Assembly (NCBI GenBank): GCA_001662655.1
Contig: KV460206.1
Length of the DNA stretch: 64,000 bases
Reading direction: 5' to 3' (one strand)
Source of the DNA: Pseudogymnoascus verrucosus
Taxonomy: Eukaryota
Below are positions 12,361 through 23,193 of this stretch, in pieces (position 1 is the first letter of the stretch; the number at the start of each line of letters is the position of its first letter). Both the position numbers and the translations under genes were made by a program. The notes under the pieces were generated by a model, which was given only the letters and a program-made list of their open reading frames with translations, searched no databases and was not told where the DNA came from.

Positions 12361-13494
12361 AACCATCAACTCCAACCAACACCACACCAACACACACACA
12401 TTTTCTCGCTCTCCAACATCACGCCATCGCCATCTCCAACCTATCTCGGTCGCCATATATATATCGCCGTATCGCCGTATCGCCGTATCGCATCTCACCA
12501 TATATAGATCACCGTATACCGTATATCCCCAACATCCCCTCACATACCACATCTCCCATACAAACAAAACAAACAAACAAACCCCAAGTCCCCTACAAAC
12601 CCTCACCACCTGCCACCACCAAGTCACGTACCACCGCATCATTCGCGCGCATCACCACCATCATTCCCGCTTCTCACCACCTTACCGTCGCCCTCCTCCC
12701 GCTTCCCCCCCATAAGAGCCTCATCACCACCCGATCGCACCGTATCGTGACAATCAAGCCACTTCTACAGTATCCCATCCATCCCGCTCCATCCCGTCCA
12801 CAAGTACCGTCACACTACCATCACCCGCTCAAACGCCCAGCCTTGCCTCCTGTACAGTACTACGTCACCCTCAAACGCCCAGCCTTGCCCACCTCTCCTA
12901 TCCCAGCATAGCCCAGCCTCGTCCGCGTCCCCCGTGCGGCGCAAAAAAAAAAAGTGCAAAAGGACACGGTCACCAAATCAAACGGCCAAGTACGCGAGGT
13001 ACCGATACATTCCCACACACGCACACTATGACTCACACAGCTCCAACGCAACACACACACCCATACGCGCCACACGCTGCGCGCAGTACAGTAGCCCGAT
13101 CGGGGGGGCCGAGCGGTTGCATTTGTTGTTGCCTGGAATGTGGATACTGGGGGATACTTGGGGACTTGGGGGGGTCAACTTTTGATTGATTGCTGGAGTT
13201 GGTGGTGATTTTAGGGGAAGTGGTGGTGTGGCTGGAGGGTCGGGCACGTGATTAAGTGGGAATGTAGCAATATGCACGGTCCGAACGCGCTACCCCGGCC
13301 GCCGTTGGTTTGTAGGGGGGTCTTGCGTTAAAACGATGCGCAGGAGAACTGAGGAATATATAAGCGCTTGCGGCTCCCTAGAAATCCGATTACAAACCTC
13401 TGCGGTCTCCCTGAAGAGTTTTATAGTTATGACTAAACGCGGTTATAACCCTTAAGATTTTATTGCTTTAGAGTCCGATTTCGCAAATAATCCC

Positions 13495-16085
13495 CAGTGT
13501 TCGGCGGGTACCACTTGGGGTATATACCCGGAGCTTCGCGGGTAGAGTAGGTAGGTAGGTAGGATATCACGGGTAGGTATGGGTATATACCCGGGTATAT
13601 GAGGCTCTGCTATAAAATTGCTATGCAGAAAAGTAGAATTGAGGTTAATAATAACTATGATAATAACGTTAGGTCGTGATATAATAATGTAATATACTGT
13701 TGCAACCCCTATTCCTCCCACTCATCGTCTCCATCGCCTTCGCTGTCGTCACCTTCTGGAAGTACACCCCAATCCCGTAGGCAGAGTAAATATCTTACAG
13801 TTGAAGGCGACAACCGGTTCCGCTTCTTAGTAATTATATCGCTGCCATTACTAAATACCCGCTCTGATGCAGCAGATGTAGCTGGAATTGCAAGATAGTC
13901 TCTTGCAATTTGCGCAACAATTGGATACATATACTGCTTTGATAACCAGTACTTTAGAATATCTGTCTGTTGGCCAGGCCGTAGCTCAAGTATCCACCGC
14001 TTCCACTCAGGTTCTTGAAATGAGATTCCTTCTGTAGCGTATAGATCATCGTCGGAATCAGTCTCATGGACTGCTGCATTAGCTAATTCTGTCTGCTGCT
14101 CGATTCTCTCAGTGTCAAGATGATATTGACGGGTCTTATACTATGTAAAGACATCTTGAAAGTGAGCTCTTACTCGATTCCTTTTACTTGCCTCTCTACT
14201 ACTTAGCCATAAGCTTATAAAGACTTCAAGATTCATTCTTGGATCACAAATTGTAGCTACACTTAAGTGGCTATACTGCTGGTTTGCTATAAGAGTATAA
14301 TACTCATTTAGCTTGTAAAGCGCTACGTTGCATGCAATTCCAATTGTAGACTGCTCACCTACTTCCTTTAGCATATGATTAAGCTTATTAATCATTTTTA
14401 AATACTGTGGAATGGCGTAGTTAAGAGTAGGGTATGTGCTAGCTTGTAGCTTCTACGAAGGGCGTAAGAAGATAACGAAAAATAGCTCAAGCTCTTTAAT
14501 CGTTGACCAGTCATTAGCATTAAGAGCAATATCTCTCATGCTAATATCCCACTGCTGCGACGCACAGATAGCTGTAATTGGCACTTGAAGCTTTATTGCG
14601 GATTCAAGCATCTTATGTGTTGAATTCCAGCGGACTAGCATATCAAGTGATAATTGCTGTACTTTAAGGCCAGCTACCATTGTTTGCTTCTGTAGAGCGT
14701 CCTTCCATAACCGGCGATTCCGAAACACATAGATATGTCTCCGAAGTTTAGCAAGTGTATTCATAACTTCTGTATGAGAATCAACAGTGCGTGGGATTCG
14801 TGCAGCACCTAGCTCACACCTATATGTCTCCGCCTCTACTGAAGGGTCCGCTTTGATTGTCTTTAAAGCGTGTTGAACAGCAATATTAATAATATGTGCA
14901 ATACAACGTACATCGCCTTCTTTAACAGTAAAAGTCCAGGGCTGTTATATAGAAGTTGAATGATTGCGAGCTAAGAGCTCGTACTCAGCAAGCATAACAG
15001 TGTTAGCTAATGCATTATCTCGTGTACATGTAAAGATAGCATTAGTAATCCCCATATCATCTGTAACGGCATATAATTAGCTTGCAAGATATTCACCGCT
15101 GTGAATTGGCTCTTTCAGATGAATCACATCTAACAGATTTGACTTCTGCTGCCACTTGCTATTTATCCAATGTGCTGTTACTGCAGAGTATTCGGTGTAG
15201 TTGCGTGCAGACCATAAGTCGGTAGTCAAGCATATCCAGCCTCCATTTACAATATGAGAATGGAGTTCTGCTTATAACTAAGCACGGCATAGTGAGAACC
15301 GCCTTTGAAGGTCGCGATGTAGTGTTCTAGCAGATACTAACAAAGTAATAGGGCTTAAGAATTAAATAATTTGACGAAAAGATAGACTATCAACAAGGCG
15401 TAATGACAGATTGTTTAATACTACAAATTATAGCAGTAAATCTCTATACTTTGATGCATTGACTGGCTGCTTAGCCGTTGTCTTCTTTAGCTCAAAGAAC
15501 GATGAGCTACTTAACGGACTTGATGCTACTTGTGCCTAGTCGTTCTTTCTCATACTAAATGAGATTTGCGGGTGCTTTTAGGTGTAGTGCTTCCATAAGT
15601 TACCAGTTGATTTATCTAAGAATACTAATGGCTACGGTGAATAACCGCAGTCTGGCTGGCTACAGGTAACCCGAATAGTTGGTGGTGTAGTGTCCAACAG
15701 CGTACGCATATATAGATTCTTAGCAAACAGCGGTAAAGAGCTTAGAGGAAGCATTGTACGAGGTGGCTAGAGATAGAGCGATGGAAGAAGAGTAGGTAAG
15801 GTTGGCTCATTAACCTCATCGAGGCCAATGTCGTCGAGGCCAATAGGCACATCTGATAATGAGGAGTCGCTCATTATATGTTATGGCATCTACATCACAA
15901 GCATATTACGAGCACAATATGGTTATATTCATACATTCTAATTACTTGGCAAAGCTTGGCAAATACCCAGGGTATATACCTACCTACTCGAAATACCCAG
16001 GTAGTTTTCTCATATAAAAGGGTAGGTATATACCCGGGTATATACCCGGATACGCTAGGTATATACCTACCCGTGCCGAACACTG
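13495..16085 (-). mobile_element. Full-length hAT DNA transposon (2591 bp), RIP-inactivated
   Basis: TIR CAGTGTTCGGC at 13495 pairs with GCCGAACACTG ending at 16085. The 8-bp TSD ATAATCCC is at 13487-13494 and 16086-16093. Subterminal GGTATATACC palindromes occur at both ends. Confidence 0.95.
13709..15874 (-). pseudogene. hAT transposase pseudogene
   Basis: BED-finger-like CSQPDC..STGNLWKH, a VRWNSTHKML motif and the dimerisation motif ARDYLAIPATSAASERVFS...RNRLSP. Several in-frame TAG stops (e.g. DVFT*YK, LRPS*KLQ) are consistent with CAG>TAG RIP changes. Confidence 0.9.
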
Positions 16086-16285
16086 ATAATCCCTCACTAT
16101 TCAAAAAGTTGAAGATTTAGTCTGTAGAATTTCAAATAGCTTGAGATTCCAAATTTAAATGTAAAGCTATCTACACGTCCTAGAACGATTCGATAAAAAC
16201 TCACACATGTGTTGCACTAGATAACGCTTCAAGTTGTTACGCTTAAAGTGAAGTAACCAGCAAAATCGACCATCAACTTGATTCT

Positions 16286-18683
16286 TCACTTAAGTTGGTA
16301 CACTTTGTGAAAGGGTTAGCTCGAGTATACGTGAAATTTAGGGAACACATACAGTTAAGTCGATTACCGCCACCGCACACTTCCCAACGATTCCCAGAGC
16401 AAGTCAAGGCACAGTTACCCGCTGGAGCAGGGGCCGATCCGGAGCTTAGGCCTAGATGATGGGACAGGCATTAGTTCTGTTCTATAATATGTTGGAAAGA
16501 TGGGAGTCATACTTGATCCGCAGTAACACTCTGAGGCGTATTCGACCCCAACATACTTCGACCCAGCACAGAAAGCAATACAAGCTTCAGCAGTCATGGC
16601 TGTTGTGCTAGCATAATGATTACCAGTCAAGGCCCGACCACCTGTTGCCTCAGTGTAGCATCCAAGGGATTTGTATTGAGCATTTCCAGGGAAGGGCAGT
16701 GGCGGTGCGTTTAAGAAGTTTGGGCTACAGGAAGCCACATTTCCTCCAGGGCTGCGAGAAAATATTAAATCAAAGTCTCTTAACTACTCAGAACGTATAT
16801 TTGAGAACTTACCACGTATTGTCGGAAGGAACCACAACGTGATTAAAGCCAGTTGGCGTGATGCACCCTGGTAGCTTGTCGATTATGCCATGAACTGGCT
16901 CGCATGGATAGACTGGGCTCGTTTCTGGACAATTTTTGGCGAAATTCGTGTCGTCGCTAGGTAAAAAGGCGGGGCATTCTTCAACAACTCTGCAATGGCG
17001 GTATTAGCTGAGAAGTGATGACCTGGAAATTCTACTCACCCAGATTCAACCCCAATCAAGCAATCCTTAATAGCAGCCGTGAGAACAGGGATATCCCAGC
17101 CTAGAAATAGAGGTCAGGTAACGGCTAATATGAGAATCATTCATTCTGATGTCACAAACCGTTAATAAAATCACCTATTCTAATTGTTAATACCGTTTGA
17201 CATCATAGATGCAATATTGACTTACCATGGAAGCTGTAACCCGTCTCATCTCCATTTGCGAAGACAAACTTGCCACCATCTTGCTTTATATCGCCTATAG
17301 AGTAGAGAACCTCAATGAATATGTGAGGTAAGAGAATTGGGTGGGTAGGTGGACAGATTCCATTATCTATCTGGGATAGATAGGCCATATGGGATTGATC
17401 GGCCTACAAAGGAGTATCAGTATAACTCTCTTATTATAATATAGAGAGATTTTAATGAGAAGACGGTATGAACGCCGGTTAAGGCTGCCTTGAGAGAGGC
17501 CGGGTCATTCGCATCGCCCTAGACGACTTCGACTTTCTCCTTGAGCTTGGTGGATTTTTCTGAGTTGACATGCGGGTGATTGCGCGGATCTTGTATTTCT
17601 GGGAGAGCTCTGGGTCGTTCAGGACAAAGTTGAGGGAAGCCTACCTTGTATCTAACGCGATGTTAGTATTGCTCGTTCGATTAGTTCCAGTTAACTTACA
17701 AATTAACACCGTCCCAGCAGGATTGGAAATCAATCTGTGCTCGCATGCCGTCTGGGCTGCATAGAAATTAGCAAGGATTTTAAACCTCAGGAACCATTGA
17801 CCTACCAGTTGGTGTCCGACATGTAATGAGCCTGCGGCTTCGGATTCTTGTAGTCGATGCACGCAAACGTAACTCTGTCTGCGACAGGGACATTTGGGTA
17901 CGTTGCGTTGCCATAAGTCTTTGTGTTGGCATCGTAGGACCTAGCGTTGTTGTTGCCAGAGAGAAACTTGAGCCCCTTTGGAAACGGAGAGGCCTTGGTG
18001 CCACCCGCTGCATCCATACCCTATTGATGGCAATAAGTAAGGAACCGAATTAATATTTCATTAGGGCTTACTCTTCCAAGGTAGTATACGGCCATGCCTC
18101 CGTTATAACTAGCACCCGGTTAGCCTCTGCCTGGTTTTCGGTGAAATAGGCTAGCTTACACCTCCTCATACTTTCCGTTAGCATGTAGATAGTATAGTTG
18201 CGGGTTCCAATATGCGCTCCTGAAAGCTGTTATAAACTAATCTTTAAAAACTTAACAGTCGTATAGCTTACTTATCGGCTAGTTTTATCAGCACAAAATA
18301 TCATAACAAGAGGTGGATAGTAACCTACCTTGGATTTGACAGCTTGTGCACGGTGCAGCTACCAAACTGTCGTAAGTCGAATTGATGTTGATATTGCTAG
18401 CTCCTGAAATCTTGTGGACATGCTGGCTAACTTGTCCAAAACTAATGACAGGATCCTAATTAATCATCAGTATCCCGGCAGAATGCTCCGTTTAGATGAG
18501 ATCAAAGCTTACAACCCGGCCCATCTGAGCGACACTACAGCTCACTGTAGTTGGTTGTCAGCACGTCCAGAACGGAGTTTAGTTTGGCAGATGTCGGTTC
18601 TCACTGCGCCAAAAACCAAGAACGGGCTCCACCAAGTGGAGAACCACGGTGGAAGCTACTACCATAGACCATACTGGTGCCAT
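16286..18683 (-). CDS. Secreted DUF1996 protein with C-terminal WSC domain (~15 introns)
   Basis: The spliced model reads MAPVWSMVVASTVVLHLVEPVLGFWRMSC...DPVISFGQVSQHVHKISGASN...CTSCQIQADKSAYWNPQLYY...FPKGLKFLSGN...RAQIDFQSCWDGVNL...HMAY...GDETGYSFHGDFINGW. It continues with WSC LGCYTEATGGRAL...MTAEACIAFC...EYASECYCG...CGGGNRL and ends LYQLK*. Confidence 0.85.
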
Positions 18684-19481
18684 TTTGCAAAAGTAGCCGT
18701 AGTAAAACGAAGATCAATTTTTGTTGCAAGGGAGTCAGGTGGCGGAAACACAATGCTACTATGCAAAAGAGAAGATCAATGAGGCGTCAGATACTCTTAA
18801 AGGTGGTTAAATAGAATGTAATCTCGGGGTATGGAGTCTTATATGTGGAGGAGAGAAGCAACCAAAGTCATGACATGCGGGCTCGGGGATGGCCACAGGC
18901 CCGGGGAAGCTTCCTGCTTGCCAAGCAACCGGACGTAAATAATTAGTAGTCTATGCCCGATACAAAAGACCGCATGTTAGTCTAAAGAATATATAGCACG
19001 GCAGCGACGCGGAATACCGGCATAATGCATGCGGAAGTCATGCCGGAGAGAGACGATTGTTAAACTCAATTGTAAACTATGCGTATAGCTAGCTGTTCCT
19101 TTGACTTGTGGCACCTCAGAAGTAGCATGGTCTGATTCCAATGTTCTAATGGGAAACCCATGCACGGGATGAGAAAATTCGTTACGGATCCTTGAAAGAT
19201 ACCTTCGCGTGCATAGTTCATATACGATGCCATTATAAGGTGTATGACGGGTTGGGGTAGCAGGCAGCTAGTCGTTAGCGGAGGAGCGGATCCCAGAACG
19301 CCACTTGTTTCAAGGTAAACGATTTGAAAATTGAGAGGGACCTTAATTTAATACCACGGATGTCCACTTCCCGTGCCGTACGTCCACTTCCCGTGCCGTT
19401 CGTCTGACCACCGCACGGAGCTATGGCGGCTATGAAACGAAAGTGCTCAGGGCTAATCCGGATGGTCCCGAGAGTAGTACT

Positions 19482-19537
19482 TACTTCGCTTCCCCGCACT
19501 ATCCATCTTGCGAGGGATAGTGCGGGGAAGCGAAGTA
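19482..19537. repeat. Perfect 23-bp inverted repeat with 10-nt spacer in a divergent promoter
   Basis: TACTTCGCTTCCCCGCACTATCC (19482-19504) and GGATAGTGCGGGGAAGCGAAGTA (19515-19537). Confidence 0.95.
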
Positions 19538-20211
19538 TGTCATGCGGATTCAGTCCGGCATTATATTAAAGTAACATCTTAATTCCGGTAGTCCGCTGTC
19601 CTTTTAGCTTCCTCAATTCCGAACACTGACAGAGTTTTGAAAAACCAAGAGGCTACACACCTTGTGCTAGTGCAAGTGAGTGATCGTTTTTACTGTTCTC
19701 GGTGCTGTTCAACTGTGGGGGAAGGGCCGCCCGAACCATGCCCTCTACAAACCAAGCCGCGTGCGAGCCCACTCCCCAAATGTGGCTAGCTAATTTTTGA
19801 GTAGATATTCGGTCCGAACGACTAGCTCACTCTATTATCACTCTACAATGACAACTAGTTGTTTTCGACTTGAAAACGATCGCGGGGTTATGGCCTTTGC
19901 TGCATCCCTGGCTTTCTTACTGTCACCCTGGAAATAACGTTGCACTCTCGTCTGGTTTTTTAGGACCACAATGCTAGTGGTTCATTTAAAAATTGCATGA
20001 TGACTAGCAGATCATAAGTGTTGCGACCCTGCAAATATCCCTGCAACCTCTGGGTCTGCAACCTCAGGGTTGTAGATTTCTCTCCCCGTGATGACGTACT
20101 AATCTTATGAAGCTATATTTGCTTTGGATTTAAAAGTGAACATTGCCCGCGCAACTGCATCTCATCAAGTTCCAACTTTTCTCACATTATATTCAAAACA
20201 TATTGCGCAAT

Positions 20212-21544
20212 ATGTCCATTCTACAGGCAGCAGCTTTCTCCGTGCTTCTACTAGGAGCCAATTGTATGACTCTTTCAGCAGAGAGAGCCTCTACAGTTGA
20301 AACAAGGGCAACATGGAAGTTCTTAGGCTGCTACACAGACAACGTATCGGGGAGAGCCTTACCTAATGCTGTATCGGTTCCTGGTGGCTCTGCGGCCATG
20401 CAAAACGAAGCATGTCAAACAGCTTGCATGGCAGCTGGATTTAGTATTGCTGGAACCGAGTACTCGGGCGAGTGCTGTGAGTACATAACCTCGCCACTCC
20501 TTCGAGGCCACATTGCTAACAAGTTCAGGGTGCGGCAATTCCGTGATAAATGGGGGCGGGCCTGCTCCTGATGGGAATGCTTTGTGTAACATGAAATGCA
20601 ATGGCAATAGCGCCGAAACCTGTGGAGGCCCTAACAGATTGGATGTGTATTCCTCTACATCGTCGCCATCGACTACATCATCAAACACACCAACAAGCAC
20701 ACCGGGTACAACTGGGAAGCGCGGTCTCGCATATAACAACAACAACCCCTCTGCCAATGCAGGATACGCAAACCTCTTCAAAGGCTACAGTAAAGTCTCC
20801 TGGGGTTATGACTGGGGATATCCTTCTTGGAATCTTGATGCGTCTTTCGAATTTGTATGTTTTCCAACTCATATCATATATGCAGCTCTTTTTGGTCCAT
20901 GAATAAAACAATTTGGGCACAGTTAACGAACTAATTAGGTGCCTATGCTCTGGGGCCTCCCGAGTGGCCCTGACCCCAAATGGACTGCTGCAGTTCAGAC
21001 CGCTAATACCAAGAATATTCTCGGTTTCAATGAGCCGGACCTGACTTATTCGGCATCTTCAAATATCTTGCCCGCTAACGCTGCTGCTGGGTACAAAACT
21101 TACATCGAGCCATTTGCAGGCTCACGCGGGATTGGTATGCCGAACGTGCTGTGGAACAACGTAGGTTCATCATCAGGCGGAAACTATAACTCGGCGCAGT
21201 GGACGCAGTACTTCTTAGGGAACTGCACTGGCTGTCACTTTGACTTCGCAGCCATTCACTACTACCAAGATTGCTTTCCTGCCAATGGCCAGAGCGGAGC
21301 AGAGTGGTTTATGGGCAACGTCACCGATGCGTACAAGACACTCCATTTACCGGTATGGGTGACAGAATTTGAATGTTATGGCTCGGAAGATCAACAGATT
21401 GCATTTTTGCAACAGGTTCTGCCTTGGATGGATGCGCAGAGTTACGTGGCAAGATATGCGTATTTTGGTGTCTTCCCTGGCTACCTTCTCAACGCAGCTG
21501 GCAATGGTCTTTCAAAACTAGGGATGGCATACGCGACAGTATAG
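20212..21544 (+). CDS. Secreted WSC-domain + GH128 beta-1,3-glucanase
   Basis: Signal peptide, then WSC WKFLGCYTDNVSGRAL..EYSGEC|WCGN..CGGPNRLDVY and an S/T linker. GH128 motifs KRGLAY, SWGYDW, F|VPMLWG, ILGFNEPD, FAAIHYY, PVWVTEF and VARYAYFG follow. Two introns. Confidence 0.9.
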
Positions 21545-21984
21545 CGAGCGAAAAGAGTATTCTTTGTTTCTAGCCATAGATAGTCGAATGGTTAGATAGC
21601 AAGTGGTAACTTTGACACAATTAGTTTTCATATGAAGCCAAGGCTTTTTAATGTGAGCTTGACAGGACTCCACTATCCACATCACTATCCACATATCTGG
21701 GATACAGCGTATACCTCTAATGCTGCGCCATGCACCCCAGTTAGCTTATCTACTACACGTGGACAGTTAGTCTCCATAGTAAAATGAGAATCCTTGAAGC
21801 AACACATGGCATACAACCGACTTTTCGGCTAATGCCCGAGTGCTTGAACCTAGAGTAAACGTGGAAGGTTGCGCATGTCGCATTAACTGGGTCTTCGCCA
21901 GGTCGTGCCATAACTTAATCCTCGGTTGTGCAAAGTTGAGCGGGCCTTTGGGTGTATTAGCTCACTTTTTGGAACCCATCGACC

Positions 21985-22058
21985 TAACTCCGCATTTTCG
22001 CGCGGACNNNNNNNNNNNNNNNNNNNNNNNNNNNNGTCCGCGCGAAAATGCGGAGTTA
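21985..22058. other. Assembly gap (28 N) flanked by a perfect 23-bp inverted repeat
   Basis: TAACTCCGCATTTTCGCGCGGAC, then the N run at 22008-22035, then GTCCGCGCGAAAATGCGGAGTTA. Confidence 0.9.
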
Positions 22059-22077
22059 TTATTAACCTTTTACCTTT

Positions 22078-22320
22078 CCGAACTTACGCGGGGTACTGTG
22101 GGGAACCCTGGTCAATTTAAAGTTGCAGATCTGTCACATGGCTACCCGAACTTACGCGGGGTACTATGGGGAACCCTAGTTAATTTAAAGTTGCAGGTCC
22201 CTCACATGCCTACCCAAACTTACGCCAGGTACTATGGGGAACCCTAGTTAATTTGAAGTCGCACGTCCCATGGCTTCCCGAACTTCCGCGGGACCCCGTG
22301 GGTAACCTAATCCGCGGAAC
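22078..22320 (+). repeat. Tandem repeat, ~4 degenerate copies of ~65-68 bp
   Basis: The unit CCGAACTTACGCGGGGTACT(G/A)TGGGGAACCCT(G/A)GT(C/T)AATTTAAAGTTGCAG...CACATG starts at ~22078, 22146, 22214 and ~22278. Confidence 0.85.
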
Positions 22321-23193
22321 TTGCTGACCCCTCAGTTACGCATAACTTAGACCCCTATTTATTACTAGCTTCCGCATAACTTGATAACAGACATGGCATG
22401 TCATCAAATCGACAGGGGCATTCATCCCTGTGCGAGAAAAAGACGTAAAACTCTATTTCCTTGCGAAGTAGATCCGCGATCGACCAATCCTATCTAGCTT
22501 ATTTTGCAGCGGACCATCAACACGCCACAATATCACGGCCTGCATATATCAGCCACAGTCTATGCTGATGGGGAAATATGTCCGAGTGCTTAGACATTCT
22601 ATACACTACACAGTTAGACTAGCGGGAGATGACCCCGCGATTTACGGAATGTCTGAGCTGATACTGACCCTTGCATCACTAGGGCATGACCTTGGTAGAA
22701 CATTGGGCTTGCAGGTCCCAAACTTCCGACATCACTGTGAGAAATCTCAATTCAACATCGGCAAGCGGCTTCATGCATACTTTGCATGCGTCATTTAATC
22801 TCGGTCAGTTCTCCGCATACCTATCTATCATCTTCCCGCCATTATTGATTAGGCCCCACAACTATTTCTTGTTGGCGGCAGCGTGATGACGCCCGGACGG
22901 GATGGAGAGACATTACTCAACCCCGCGTAACGGTGGTTATGCGGAGACCGGATAGCTCCATACGATGCACCGTGGACTCAGTGGACGAACTTCAAGGTTG
23001 ATTCGCCGGAGAACCTCCTTGGATGGAGAAAGCTCTCTTCTGGCCCACTTCCCTTGAAACTACTGTGGGGCTGATTGATGGTGCGTTCCGCGTGATCTGG
23101 ACGACCATGTCAGTGTATAAGTATTGTCGAGGCCCCGTTGATACAAGGACATCGCTTCACTCTCCCATCACAAGAAAAAAGTATTTAGCTAAG

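Noticed and set aside
12287..13277. Overlapping 70-190 aa ORFs rich in His/Pro/Thr or Trp/Val/Gly
   Set aside because: These are by-products of low-complexity C/A-skewed DNA and (TATCGCCG)n repeats, with no domain or splice evidence.
8732..13494. Telomerase RNA gene beside TBP (I recall such linkage in some filamentous ascomycetes, unverified)
   Set aside because: No 1.5-repeat template such as TAACCCTAA was found on either strand. The nearest matches (TAACCCAC, TAACCCTTAA, GTTAGGGTG) do not fit.
22078..22320. CRISPR-like appearance of this and other short tandem arrays
   Set aside because: The DNA is eukaryotic, the units are contiguous degenerate repeats without unique spacers, and there are no cas genes.
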